A stretch of 64,000 bases of DNA, taken from contig NC_043007.1 of NCBI RefSeq assembly GCF_006345805.1, positions 4,650,001-4,714,000 of the forward strand, read 5' to 3'. The notes beneath the pieces were generated by a model, which was not told where the DNA came from, ran no database searches, and was given only the letters and a program-made list of their open reading frames with translations. Numbering within the stretch: position 1 is the first letter of the stretch; each line of letters starts with the position of its first letter. Shown piece by piece: positions 38,120-51,565 of this stretch. This DNA comes from Octopus sinensis. Taxonomy: Eukaryota. The translations under genes and the position numbers were made by a program.

Positions 38120-39259
38120 TAACAATATCTAACAATTAGCCTTAATTTCCCTGTCTCTATGGATTGGCAAGTCTCAGACCATGGTCACTTTGTCATTCCC
38201 TGAGACCTTTTCTGATGTATGCATATACCAACTCTGCTAGTCTTTCATGAATCTAACATAATTTCCACGTGAGGATCGTTTCTTCCCATCTTCCACAAAT
38301 TCTGCAGCTAATCATTATATTCTACCTCATAACACACATTTCTATACATTATGCTTAAAAAATATTAATAAAAGGGGTGGTCACAATTAGAAGGTCTTTG
38401 ACAATAAGTTTCCTTGTAGCTCAACAGGTGGAGTTCTTTTCTGAATTTGCTGACCCAAAACAATTTCTTCACCTCACTGAGCAAATGAGATAATAATCAA
38501 ATGCCGATTCTTTTGTAATATCAGCTCAAGGACGAATTCTTCAGCTGTTCTTTTAATGAAAACTTAGACAATGAAATTTCTGTTCACACCACTGTAATGT
38601 CTTGAAACAGATGTGACAATGTATTCCTAGATACACAATGCCCAAGAAAAGGATGGAATAGTTATAATTGGGAAGGTTTTCATCAGAAGTTTAGTTATGA
38701 GGGAACTGTCACACTATTACATACCTTGCAAGAAATAACAACCAAATTTCCCTCCTATCATTACACATCATTATACAAAAAGGAAGGTCATATTAGACAG
38801 TGTAGTCCCAATCATACTGTCTAAACAAAGTAAGGAATGCTAATTGCTGCTACATCTTCTATCGTAGGTCTGCTCAATCTGGCCTAACCAGGGGCTATAT
38901 AACAACAACAGCAACAAAACAACCTTGCAGTGGTGGCCCACGTGTATCAACACATTAATCTTACTACTTTAACAACAATACCCTAACAACACCAATACAG
39001 CTGCTGCCCACCACCACCACCACTGCCATTCCAGATCTTTCTGTCCACTATTATCTATTTAACCAATATTCATATTGGTTTTCATGTTTTCAAATGCAGC
39101 TGCCATGTCTAGTCACTTTTTTCTCCTTCATTAATTATTAAAACCATTTTCTTTCAACAGTTTCCAATTGTTAACAATAATAACATTGCAAGGAAAACGT
39201 CTCTTGCTGTTTCCCAACCACATCTTATGCCAAATACCCACTGATATCAGTGGATGTGT

Positions 39260-39378
39260 ACAAATAAATATATATATATTATATATATACATACAATATT
39301 TTGCACATAAATAAACATGTCTATGTATATATGTATAAATATATAACACACATACATATATATATATATTATATATAT

Positions 39379-39409
<31 letters not shown>

Positions 39410-39527
39410 TATATATATACATACATACATATATGTATTTGCATATATGTATATAAGTGTGTATATATATATATATATATATATACATACATACATATAT
39501 GTATTTGCATATATGTATATAAGTGTG

Positions 39528-39577
<50 letters not shown>
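39260..39577. repeat. Compound (TA)n microsatellite with an internal duplication
   Basis: Directly visible; the ACATACATACATATATGTATTTGCATATATGTATATAAGTG block is repeated. Confidence 0.9.
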
Positions 39578-39579
<2 letters not shown>

Positions 39580-39884
39580 ATGTACATGTGTGTGTATTCT
39601 GTCACATTACAATAAGACAGAAAATAATCAACAATGTTGAGGTTATTTTTACTTTTATTTTGTTTTTCTTGCTAACATGGGTTCAGACAGGGTTATTCTG
39701 GCCCCAATGTCTTGCCCCTTGTTGCAGTATTTCATCTTCTTTGGCATGGAACTCACCCCCTTCCTCCACCAATTCTTCTCCCTATGTCTTCTTTGGTCAT
39801 CCTCTTCAGTGACTCCCTTCAAATTAGACAGCTTCACCTGTCCTCTAAGTCTCCAATTATTCTCATTATTATTAATAATTAATG

Positions 39885-40370
39885 TAATGAGCTGGCAGGA
39901 TTGTTAGCATATTCTGAGTTCAAAATCTGCCACGGTAGACTTTGCCTTTCATCCTTTCAAGGTACACAAAATAAACCCCAGTTGAGCACTGGTACCAACA
40001 TAATCAACTTACCCCCTGCTCCAATCTTGCTGACCTTGTGCTAAAATGTAAACCATTTCTAATTAATGTGAGTCATTAGCAGAATCATTAGCACCTGGAA
40101 CAAAATGCTATTAGCAAGCATTCCTTACGTCTTTACAATCTGTGTTCAGATTCTACCAAGGTTGACTTAGCCGTTCATCCTTTCAGGGTTAATAAATTGA
40201 TTACAAGCCAAGCACTGAAGCTGATGTAGTCAACTAACCCCCACCCGCCAAATTTGAGGCCTTGTGCTTATAGCAGAAAGAGTTATGATTTCAGGGTTAG
40301 TTAAATAAGTACCAGTTCCACACTGGGGTATCAACTTAATCCCCTCCCCTTGTAGCAAAACTTTGAAATC
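39885..40370 (+). mobile_element. Three tandem degenerate Deu-type SINE pieces
   Basis: Repeated GCAG(G/A)AT..TTAGCA heads and TTCATCCTTTCA or AATAAGTACCAG cores. Confidence 0.55.
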
Positions 40371-40384
40371 ATCGTTATTATTAT

Positions 40385-40765
40385 TATTATTTACTTTTAA
40401 TCTGCATCTGTGTAACAATCACTTGGCGAGACACACCCAGCATCCTAAGGTGAGTGACAGGTAAGAGATGTTACAGGATGACTGAAAGCTTGGGGAAGCG
40501 GCAAGTGGCAGGGGAAGTAGCAAAGTAACTTCATGTAATACAACACAGACATTTAAATTGATAAAGTTTTTCTTAGGATGTGGGCAGTACTTGTCAGCAC
40601 AAGCTTTTGGATTTCTCTGAGATATGGTTCTCCTGGGATGTTGTTCAAGATGTTTCTGACATCTCTCTCTTATACTTAGGGCACCCACAATAACAGGAAT
40701 AGTTCTCACTTTAAGATGCCTCATCTTTTGTATTTCAATTTCCAGGTCCTTATATTATTATCATT
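40385..40765 (-). mobile_element. R4/Dong-type LINE 3' fragment
   Basis: DLEIEIQKMRHLKVRTIPVIVGAL..QKLVLT.TAHILRK pattern across frames; close copy at 52265-52600. Confidence 0.7.
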
Positions 40766-40779
40766 ATTATATGTAAAGT

Positions 40780-41815
40780 CACAGCTCATTTTGCTGGGTA
40801 TGATGGAATGTGTCAGCTGTCCACAGCCAGTAGACTAAGGTGACACTTGTTTACTGGTCATGCTTCAAAAACCCTGCGAATAATTTTTGTAGTTCCAAGG
40901 AATGCTAATTTTTGTTAGTGTTCTACCTTCAGACTTGCACCGATCTTTTTCAGCCATGTTGGTAATTGAGTACTGATACTTCCAAGGGCACCAATTAATA
41001 TTGGTATCACCTGTACTCTCTTCATTGACCACAATCTTTCTGTTTCCCACTTCAAATCGTCATAGTTGTTTATTTTTCCTTCTTATTTCACATTGATCCT
41101 GTTGTCCCTGGGACATGCTATGTCGATTATCATGCAAGTTCTTTCTTTTTTATTCACCACAACAATGTCCAGTTTCCGATGTCTGGTCAGGGTATTGCAC
41201 TGGATTATTGCATCTCTCAGGATTTTGCAATTCTCATTTTCAGTGACTCCTTCTGGAGTTTTTACATACCAAGTCTTTGCTCTTTGTAGGCAATAATTTC
41301 CACAGAGTTCCAAATAGATCATTCTTTCCACACTGTCATGGCTCCTTTTGTAATTACATAATGCCAGTTTCGTACATTCTCTAACGAAGTGCCATACCAT
41401 TTCCCCCCTCTCACCATAAATTCTGCATTTGTCACTATTGGTAGCGTTAGCTATTCTGCACTTCACATAATTGGTTCTTAACACTTGTTCTTGAGCTGTG
41501 CATTGTCATTTATAATCCCTGCTCCATACCGAAGTGATGTTATTGCCCACATATTAACTGCTTGAATTTTATTCCATGCAATCAATTTTGAGTGCAGTAC
41601 CAACCTCAGTCTTTGGAAATACGCCATCCTCAGTTGCTCTTTCATTTCCTTTTCCACTAACTCATTGAACTCTAGTACACCAAGATATTTGTATCCTTCC
41701 ATTTCAATTTGCTTAATCAAGTCTCTATTTGGTAATTCTATCCCCTGCTAGGAGCCATACCTTGCCTCTTTTTAAGTGCATTACTCTGCACTTCTTGAGT
41801 CCAAATTCCATTCTC
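40780..41815 (-). mobile_element. R4/Dong-type non-LTR retrotransposon fragment (RT end, CCHC, restriction-like endonuclease)
   Basis: GYKYLGVLE; NKIQAVNMWAITSLRYGAGII; KCRIYGE..HFVRECTKLA..HDSV; ENENCKIL.D..HRKLDIVVVNKKERTCMIIDIACP.D (PD-D/E-xK type). Confidence 0.85.
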
Positions 41816-41835
41816 TTATTATTATTATTATTATT

Positions 41836-42449
41836 GAGTGAGAGAGCAGCGCATGCCATCAGGGTGATGTTGGAGTAAAATATACGAAGCCCAGTATACC
41901 CATCATGACTACCCGTCTGATAAGGGTACACCAGGCACATGCATCACAACTATATGTGCACAACATGGTGATCTCATATCAAGATAAACAGCACATGACC
42001 TTGCAGGTGGGGCCCAATTAGAATTTTGTTCAGGTAGAGTAGCCCATCCTGCTCAAAAGGTCCCTGAATAATAGCTGTTTAAAGGATGTTGAACGAAACA
42101 CCCATGTTTCCAGAGGTGAATTATCCAAACTCTAAAGAATCCCTCTCCACAAAAGGCTATGATGCACCCCCACTACTTCTGCTCGTGATCAGAGATGCAC
42201 ATATTGTCAGCCACTAAAGGACATGCTCAACAGGTTATGGTCAAACAAATGACAAGCAAATCTGTGGTATTGAGCAGAATATTTGCTGCAGCCCATCTTT
42301 TATACCAAGACAAACCTTGCGAATAATTCTTGTAGTTCTAAGGAATGCTAATCTTTGTTGTTGTTAGTGTTCTACCTTCACACTTGCACCAAGACATGAT
42401 AACACTTCTTACGCCTTGAGAACCACTGCCTGGTACTGCATCAGGGCAT
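41836..42449 (-). mobile_element. Full-length S4 element with an internal templated insertion
   Basis: (TAA)n at both ends; 5' ATGCCCTGATGCAGTACCAGGCAG. Confidence 0.75.
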
Positions 42450-42503
42450 TTATTATTATTATTTATATTATTAAATTGATGTATATATAAATGTATATAT
42501 ATT

Positions 42504-42547
<44 letters not shown>

Positions 42548-43606
42548 ATATATATAATGTAATTTCATAATAGTTTGTATGTGTAAAGTCATTTGGGGAT
42601 AAAAATGAAGCACCCATAGGATAGATGTATTCATGACTAAGTATGTATGTATATATATGCACTACTAAGGTGTAATTATAGAATCTATATATTGAAAGTA
42701 TTTCTATAGCGGTATCTTTTACACTCAAACAGACATATCATGATATACAGAATGACGTAGGTATATACAAACCCTGTAAATTTATCCTATAGAATTAAAA
42801 TTTCTTTTCATAGAATTAAATTCCTTTTTAAGCATAAACTCATAATTCCAGATGAATGGAAAGAAATAGGGAAACAGTTTTTTATTTTATGTGTGTGATT
42901 GTAGGTTTCATCAGCGGAGTAGAATGACTGGGTACACATACACGAGAATGGGAAGTGCAAGCGTATGTTTGGATGAATATATGTATGTATATACATGTGT
43001 ATGTACATTAGGGTTGAATAAATGTATATGTACATGTGTGTGTGCAAGTAAGTTTATTAGTTAATGGTCTCTCTTAATGACTTGAATGACTTGAAAAGCA
43101 ACAGGGTAAAGAGGGTGCCAGTGATATGGTAAATCTCAAATTAAGTCTGTAAAGTGACAAATTTTGGTACCCTGCTGAGTTAAGGAAGTGAACTGGTTTT
43201 CTTTTAAGTGGAATTGTAACAGACACAAGAAACAGGTAATTGTTGGAGGTCATCCTTTTATGCCATTCTTCTCTTTAAATGTTCTTTATTTTATTTTCTA
43301 AAATTCCACCCAAGTCTGTGCTTAATTCCCTTAATTTGTTTTTGTGCTTTTTTTTATTATGTGCCTCTCTTTGTATGTTCTTGTTGCTATGGATATATAA
43401 CATGGAGAAAGTGAAGATGAACCAGCAGTTCTTTGACTCTGGTCACCCCAGGATGCGCATGTTGGATACAGCTATTGTTGAATCAGATTAATGCAATATT
43501 GCGTATAATTGATGTAACAATCAACAATTAACAGCTAATAATTAGGCATTGAAATGATTTTAGTGAATTGTAATAAAACCTGTTCAATCCATTTTCTCAT
43601 ACTAAA

Positions 43607-43645
<39 letters not shown>

Positions 43646-43914
43646 GTGTATCATCCCCAAACTGCTTCCTACCCACACTTATATTTCTCATCAAACAGTA
43701 CCTCCACTCCTGACCATCTCTCAACACCTTCACTTCTATCCCCATCTCTATCTATCAGGTATTCTCTCCTGCCATTTTTACAACCAACCCTTCTTCCTAT
43801 ATTCATGACCCTTATCATCCCTTGCTTCTTGTGGGCCTTGCTCTGGTACCCCATCACGACCATCTGACCTTTCTTTCCCAAATTCTTCCAACCGTACTTA
43901 CGCTCTTTACTATC

Positions 43915-44420
43915 TCTTTTACTCTTTTACTTGTTACAGTCATTTGACTGTGGCCATGCTGGAGCACCGCATCTAGTCGAGCAAATCGACCCCAGAACTT
44001 ATTCTTTGTAAGCCTAGTACTTATTCTGTCAGTCTCTTATGTTGAACCACTAAGTTACAGGGACATAAACACACCAGCATCGGTTGTCAAGTGACGATGT
44101 TGGGGGGGACAAACACAGACACACAAACATACATACATACAGACAATTAGCGGTTCGGCAAAAGAGACCGATAGAATAAGTACTGGGCTTACAAAGAATA
44201 AGTCCCGGGGTCGATCTCCTCGACTAAAGGCGGTGCTCCAGCATGGCCGCAGTCAAATGACTGAAACAAGTAAAAGAAATAAAAGAAAAGAAAATACAGA
44301 CAGACAGACAGACAGATAGATAGATATATGACAGGCTTCTTTCAGTTTCCATCTACGAAATCCACTCATAAGGCTTTGGTTGGCTCGAGGCTACCATAGA
44401 AGACACTTGCCCAAGGTGCC
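43915..44420. mobile_element. Cluster of S2 SINE halves in mixed orientation
   Basis: Tail part (-) 43915-44140, tail part (+) 44140-44285, head part (-) 44330-44420. Confidence 0.6.
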
Positions 44421-45780
44421 ACACACTTACTAATATTCTAATTGTCTATGCTAAATTCATTTTGCGGCCTTTCAACACAAGCTTTCTATTTATTCGAATT
44501 TCTTTTCTCATTCTACAATACGTTCACCGATTCAACCGTTTCCAAGCAGTTACCCTTCCTGATTCCAACCCTGTTACTTGCCTCTTTTAATATACAGGAA
44601 TATGGTGAACCTATTCTGAAAACCAGGATACACGTATTGTTATTGATTTCTCTGATTGGCACACAGCCATTCGACATTGATTTCACCATTGGCGCATGGC
44701 CAGTCTACATTCAAATATCGATTTACATTACTGATACATGACCACAGACTTAGGGGGAGGGTCCATCTGATTAAATCGACTCTGGTACTTCACTAGTACT
44801 TGTTTTATCAACCACCCGCCACAGGAGACAGAAGCCAAAGTTGACTTCATCTGGATGATTTAAACTCACAACATTAAGAAAGGTAACTAAATTATGTCAG
44901 GTATTTTATCGGTAATTCCACTGATTCTGCAATCCATTTCCTTAATCATTTACATATTACCAACTCTCAGGTGACTAGTTCTACAAATCAGCTCCTATCT
45001 AAACACCAATTATTGGAAAATGGTGCCAGAACATTCTCTTCATCTTTTTTTTTTTTTCTTTATTTTGGCTTTGATATTGTTTTTATTTTTAATTTATTAT
45101 TTATCTATTTGTTTGTTTTAATTTTTTTCCTGTTTATCTTCTCAAACTTTCCTCTCTATTGCATTTTGAAATCTGAAGAATGCAAGAACACTCCATATAC
45201 TTTATATTCATTAATTCCATTATAACAATGTTTTTCTAGCCTGGTTCTGAAATGGTTTGTGACAGAAATCCCAAGAGTGAATGTGGAGGAGGAGGCAGGG
45301 GAGGAAGACGGCTTTCACAAATGAATGTTTAACAATCTAGTTGGGTTTCATCTGTTTCAGCAAATTCACATTTAGACATATTCTACCCAACCACCCTTGC
45401 TCTCTCTCTCTCTCTCTCTCTCTCACTCTATCTAGCTATCTGTCTCACTATCAATCTATTTAACTATCTATCTGTCATCCCATTTCTCCCTCTCTCCTAT
45501 CTATCTATCCACCCATCTTTTTATCCATTTATCTATCTATCTATCTATCTATCTATCCATCCATCCATCCATCATCCATCCATCCATCCATCCATCTATC
45601 TATCTATCCATTTATCTATCCATCTCTCTATCTACCTGTCTATCTGTCTATCTATATTAATGATATTTCTGTCATTTCTCTCTCTCCCCCTCTCTCCCTG
45701 TCTGTATCTATCTATCTATATTTATCAATCTATCTTAATGATATATCAGTCTGTCTTTATGCCTATTCATCTTCCCCCAT

Positions 45781-45817
<37 letters not shown>

Positions 45818-45839
45818 TCATCTCCACCAGTGGATCTCA

Positions 45840-46762
45840 ACTGGGGTCCACATAAGATTCCGTGCAGTATCAGTGTGCATGTACGACAGAGTACTGATGT
45901 ACCGAGAGAATAATTATGCAGAAGAGAAATCAGACGCTATGTGCAAGAGAGAAGAAGATGGCACTGGTTTGGTCATGGGATGTGGATGGATGAAGATATC
46001 TGCAGAAAGAAATGCTGGTTGCTCAAATGGGATGGCACTCGTAGAAGAGGGAAATCTAGCAAAAGTTGGGATCAAGCAATGAAAGCTGATTTCATGGAAG
46101 AGGTGAAAAGGGGCCAAGACGAGTGGCCCATGCATAGCAGCAAATAAGAGGATCCTGAAATCATTTTATCTCTGCTTTTAGGTGCTGAACACTCCCTATA
46201 CTCATACTATTCTGTCAAGCATTTCCAAAATCTCATCTCCCAACTCCTGCTTCCCCACAACATTCATCCCTTCATTACACATATTATATCCCCTAATTCC
46301 TCCTGCTCCCTGTTACTACCTTCCTTCCCCCACTCCATTTCCATCCCTTAGTTTCATTATCATCCTTTTCATTATATATATATATATGTGCTGTGCTCGT
46401 AGGGTGACCTGCTGTGCTTCATAGGGCAACCTGCTGTGCTTGAGGAGACCTATTGAGTCAATTACATCAACATCAAAATAAAAATCAATGGAAATTGTAG
46501 TTGTGATACCCATGCCGGTGGCACGTAAAAAGCACCATCCGAATGTGGCCGATGCCAGTGCTGCCTTGACTGGCTTGCGTGCTGGTGGCACGTAAAAAGC
46601 ACCCACTACACTCATGGAGTGGTTGGCGTTAGGAAGGGCATCGAGCTGTAGAAACTCTACCAGATCAGACTGGAACCTGGTGCAGCCTCCTGGCTTCCCA
46701 GATTCCGGTCGAACCGTCCAACCCGTGCTAGCATGGAGAACGGACGTTAAATGATGATGATG
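45840..46762 (+). mobile_element. RTE LINE ORF end and 3'UTR with an intervening insert
   Basis: QERRWHWFGHGMWMDED..KKC..GTRRRG..SWDQAMKAD; 3'UTR 46430-46762 ending (GAT)n. Confidence 0.7.
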
Positions 46763-46929
46763 ATATATATATATATATATAAAGAGAGAGAGAGAGAGAG
46801 AGAGATGATACATACAGACATACGTACATAAATACCTGATGCACAAAAAGGGATAGAAATGTAGGAAAAGCAGTAATATGTGACAACTGACACAGTCTTA
46901 ATACACCAACGATGTCGCCCACATCATAG

Positions 46930-47925
46930 GCAGTTTTCAGAAAATGTCATCACGGTATTATCTACTGATGAAACATGATGTTGTAGCTAAGACACTCTAT
47001 AATGAAATCTATGAGAAGGATAACCCCGAGGACAAAGAAATAAAAATCCACAATATAGTAGAAGCCATAGCCACTCATAAAGGAGTACTGGTGGAATGTC
47101 CCAGTGAACACCTCAATAAGATGTAAGCACAACAGCCCTGATATAATGATTTGTGATAGAGAAGAGAAACTGTGCATAGTTGTAGAAATTAGCTGCCCAG
47201 CGGATGTTAACATAAAGCTGAAGATCAGTGAAAAAGAGAATACCTTTGCTGAACTATTGTGAAATATGCAGTTACTCTATCCAGATTACAAGTTCAAGTT
47301 TATATCTGAAATTATTGGGGCCCTGGGATATGTAACATGCTGCCTAAATTCCAGTCTTGAGAAATTAGGCTTCTCAAAACCAGAAAGGAGAAAGCAAATT
47401 CGAAGACTACAGATCCAATCTATCATTGGAACTGTAAAAATCTGTAAAACTTTCCAGAAGTTTATCATTTATATATATAGGTGTGTGCATGTTTAGATAT
47501 GCAACTATATGCATGAGAATACATACATATACATATGTACATAATTATCAGGGCCCTGGGATGTAGCACACTGCATGAATATCAATCTTGAGAAATTAGG
47601 TTTCTCAAAACCAGAAAGGAGAAAGCTGATTTGAAGACTACAGATCCAACCAATTATTGGAATTGTAAAAATCTGTAAAACTTTCCAGAAGTTTATCATT
47701 TAAATATATGTGTGTGCATGTCTAGATATGCAACAATATGCATGAGAAGACACACATAAAGCAAAACATACAAATCTGCACTTATACAAACACACAAACA
47801 TACAAAAATACACTGTTGTTGATGTTGAAATTCCAATGAAGGAATCTTGGCTCTAGGTTAGAAACCAGCTCTTTCTCTATTGGCAAGAAATCTAGAAATA
47901 AAACTGAACAATGACACACATACTT
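46930..47925 (+). mobile_element. R4/Dong-type 3' fragment with a tandemly duplicated end
   Basis: YLLMKHDVVAKTLYNEI; PDIMICDREEKLCIVVEISCPADVNI; IIGALGYV..LQIQSIIGTVKICKTF; about 240 bp (47310-47530) repeated at 47550-47760. Confidence 0.75.
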
Positions 47926-48104
47926 GTATGTTTTGGATGAAGAATTGGGATCCAATGTCATTACCAGTTCAAGCATACTCCTGGCATATTTGGACAAAGA
48001 AACAAGCCCTTCACTGAGTTTTGTTATGAAGAAAATTTCTCATTGCTGACAAGGGTGTAAATACACCTAGATCAGCTCAGGTTTCCATAAGTGATCTTAT
48101 TTAG

Positions 48105-48168
<64 letters not shown>

Positions 48169-48189
48169 TATACATGTACAGACATACAG

Positions 48190-48320
48190 GTAGAATAGTT
48201 GGTGGAGGTTCGTTTTCCATGGGTTCGCAAACGATATTTGAGCCCAGCAAAAGTAAGGCAGGGTCTGTTACAAACTCTGCGCACAAAAAGGTCGTTGTGA
48301 TTCACCTTCTCGATCATAAC
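48190..48320 (-). mobile_element. LINE ORF2 C-terminal zinc-finger-like remnant
   Basis: FV(R)RVCNRPCLTFAGLKYRLRTH resembles the C-x2-C-x-R..GL..H-x-R-x-H ending of RTE-related LINEs. Confidence 0.4.
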
Positions 48321-49312
48321 GTTTTTCCTTAAATCTATATATACATATATGTATTCCAGACTGGAGTCTGGTGCAGACTTCCAGCTTGCCAGCCCTGGTC
48401 AAACAGTCCAATCCATACCAGTATGGACAATGGACATTAAATGATGAAGCTGATGTTGATGACTATGATACATGCATACTAGTGCGAACACTCTGTCTTT
48501 AAGTTACTGTGTCTTACATTGGTTTGATATCATTGTATCCTATATTATTGTAGCTTATGTGCATAATTATCCGTATGCTCTGCATCTGGGAAGAATGCTA
48601 GGAAGACAAGCAACATGAATGAAGCTTGAACATCAATAATGGAAGATGTAAAGTAGAGCTCTAAGATGAAATGCAATTATGTTGAAAGAACAAGGATTTG
48701 TAAAGCAATGAAAAATTACTACTTAAACACTGCCAATAAATTTAGATCGAGAGATGGATGGATGGGTGGATAGATAGATAGATAAATAGATAGATATACA
48801 TCTATATAATATACATATATATATATATATATGCCTATAAATTTTATAATATATATATTTATATACACACCACAATGCATTTTAATGCAGTTACTATTCA
48901 TTACTAAACACAATATCACCAGAAATACCGTTATCCTCTTTACGTTGATGTGTAGTGAAAGACTGAGTGCATCTCATTCACATTATTGTCACCCTTTTCA
49001 TGTAAACTGAACATATGAAGTATATTATTTATTTATCTATAACATGCAGTTACATAATTAAATATTATTACATACAAAATGAAAATGAAATGTAGCAAGC
49101 TGATATCATCATCATCATCATCATTTAACACCCATTGCCCATGCTGGCATGGGTTGGATGGTCTGACTGGGCTGGCACACTGCAAGGCTGCACCAGACTC
49201 CAGTCTGATAAGTAGATGTATAATAGCAATGTAATCTTAGAATTACTTATGTTAAAGTAGATTTTGTTTCCTCATAACTTTTAATGAAATTTTCTACAAA
49301 TACACTTTAGAT

Positions 49313-49892
49313 CAGTGTTTCCCAACCTTTTTTTCCAGTGCCCCACTTTTTAATAACAAAAAATCTGGTGCCCATCAATATTGTTTTTTTAATATAGAAA
49401 CACGATTTCTAATTCAATTACCTGGCTGACAGATACCTCGACTCATTTAGTAAGAACTCTGTGCCTGGTGCATATGGCATAGATCTTTCATTTGAAGAGA
49501 TAATTTCGTTAACTTCAGCCATAAATCACCACATTTTATAATTTCAAGCCAGTTTCTCTTGACTTCCAGCAAATTGTCAACTGCACTGAATCCACGTTTG
49601 ACCAAATAAGACAAAGGAAAATGAATCAATAATTCTCTTGGTCAATCAATAGATACTGAAACAGAGAAACAAATGCCGATTCCTCACTCAGTACGCTGAT
49701 TGGTCATAGCTACATCGATTCCCATGGTTTAAGTATAAATATTGCATGGTGGTGTGTTTGTTTTTATTTCATTGTCCAAAGATAGGTTTAGGGTCAACAA
49801 GTGTGTGCTCATGTCCCTTACAAAAATTTTCTCAGCCCACGCTAACACACATCCTACTCCAATTTTCCCACATCCCACATTGGGAAACACTG
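49313..49892 (-). mobile_element. hAT (Charlie/Buster-type) internal-deletion derivative
   Basis: TIR CAGTGTTTCCCAA at both ends; exact 8-bp TSD CTTTAGAT (49305-49312 and 49893-49900); dimerisation-domain remnant FPLSYLVKRGFSAV..KRNWLEI..GDLWLKLT. Confidence 0.9.
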
Positions 49893-50511
49893 CTTTAGAT
49901 GATGAGGATTTCAATTATACTGGAATTTGTTTTTAGAGGAAGTGAAGAGTTTCAGAATATTCACACACGTTGGCTTTATTTCCTCGTAACTTTTGGAAAA
50001 ATGGGTATTTTTAAATGCAAATTTCTACAAATACCTCTAAATTACGATTACATCAGAATTTGATCTGAGAATAAAATAGTGAGAACACATATATAGTGCC
50101 ATTTTGTTAGAAATTTCACCTTCCACTCAGTAGATATATGTGATTTGTATCAATAAGGATGTGTGATGTCTCACCAATTCTTTTTTTAAAATTAAATTCT
50201 GATGTAATCGTAACCTACATGCCCTGAGAGGTATTTGTAAAAGATTTCATTAAAAAATACCAGTTTTTTATAAAACATGTGACTCATGTGAATTTTCTGA
50301 GACTCCTCTCACAACCCTTGCAAAAATACTTTCATAACAAATTCTTATATTATTGGAATCTTCACAATCGGCAAAAATTGTAGTCCAGTCATGGCCAAAA
50401 ATATTCAGTAACTACAGGGGTAACTACTACTACTACTACTACTACAACTACTACAGTTGCTGCTACTATTTCTGCTACTGCTACTACTACTAATAATAAT
50501 AGTAATAAAAA

Positions 50512-50720
50512 TCCTTTCTATTAAAGGCACAAGGCCTGAAAAATTTTGGAGGAAAGGACTAGTCATTTACATTGACCCCAGTGTTTCATTGGTACTTAAT
50601 CTATCGACCCCAAAAGGTTGAAAGGCAAAATCGACCCTGGTAGAATTTGAACTCAGAACATAAAGACGGACGAAATGCCACAAAGCATTTACATGTTAAC
50701 AATTCAGCCAGCTCACAAGC
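50512..50720 (-). mobile_element. Deu/Nin-type tRNA SINE (S1 variant)
   Basis: GGTACTTAAT.TATCGACCCC..AAAGG..GAAAGGCAAA core in reverse. Confidence 0.7.
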
Positions 50721-50738
50721 TTAATTATAATAATAATA

Positions 50739-50774
<36 letters not shown>

Positions 50775-51555
50775 ACAATTGGCTTAGACACCTACCTGAA
50801 AACTCTGAGGACTTGATGTTAAAAGTTGTCTCAAAACATGAAAACAAGAAAGCATCATACTCAGTAACAAAACAGGCAAAGGAATATCTAAGTGAATTCT
50901 AATACAACAAATTTCGGAATTAGACATACAAGAAACAAGCACAGAAAAAGCTAAGTGCATGAAAACCTGTGCTAAAACTGCTGCCTTAGATATTCTGATT
51001 GATAAATGGCAAGAAAAACCTCTCTATGGCAAATACCCACAGAGAGCGAATAATGCAGATGTTGACAAAGCCCTGACCCATCAATGGCTAATGGCCTCTG
51101 GCTTAAACTCTGAAACAGAAGGGTTTATCATAGCAGTTCAAGATCAATGCCTACCTACAAGGAACTATAAAGATCTTGAAATAGAAATTGGCAAAATGTA
51201 GAACCTCAAGACTGAAACAATACCTGTTGTCATAGGTGCCCTAGGAATGATAGCAAAAGGGGCTGATTCCTACCTAGCTCAGATACCAGGAAACTTCAAA
51301 ATGGCAGGAATTCAAAAGATAGTGCTCATAGGAACTGCCCATATCCTACGTAAAATACTGTCTATGTAATCTCAAATTTTAAACCAAACTTATAATTTTA
51401 TTATGGTTTCTTAAACATTCTCTAGAACAAAACTACATGCAAAACCAAATATACGGCACCCTAGGCATAACACCAACATGAACTTATTGTCTCTTGAGGT
51501 CTCTGGTTGAGACTTGGAGTGAACTTGTACAAATACAAATCAAAAGTCAAACATA
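50775..51555 (+). mobile_element. R4/Dong-type fragment with a large internal deletion
   Basis: WQEKPLYGKY..VDKALTHQWL..ETEGFIIAVQDQCLPTRNY fused directly to KDLEIEIGKM..PVVIGALG..QKIVLIGTAHILRK*; CCHC and most of the RLE are missing; preceded by (TAA)n. Confidence 0.8.
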
Positions 51556-51565
51556 TAATGATGAT

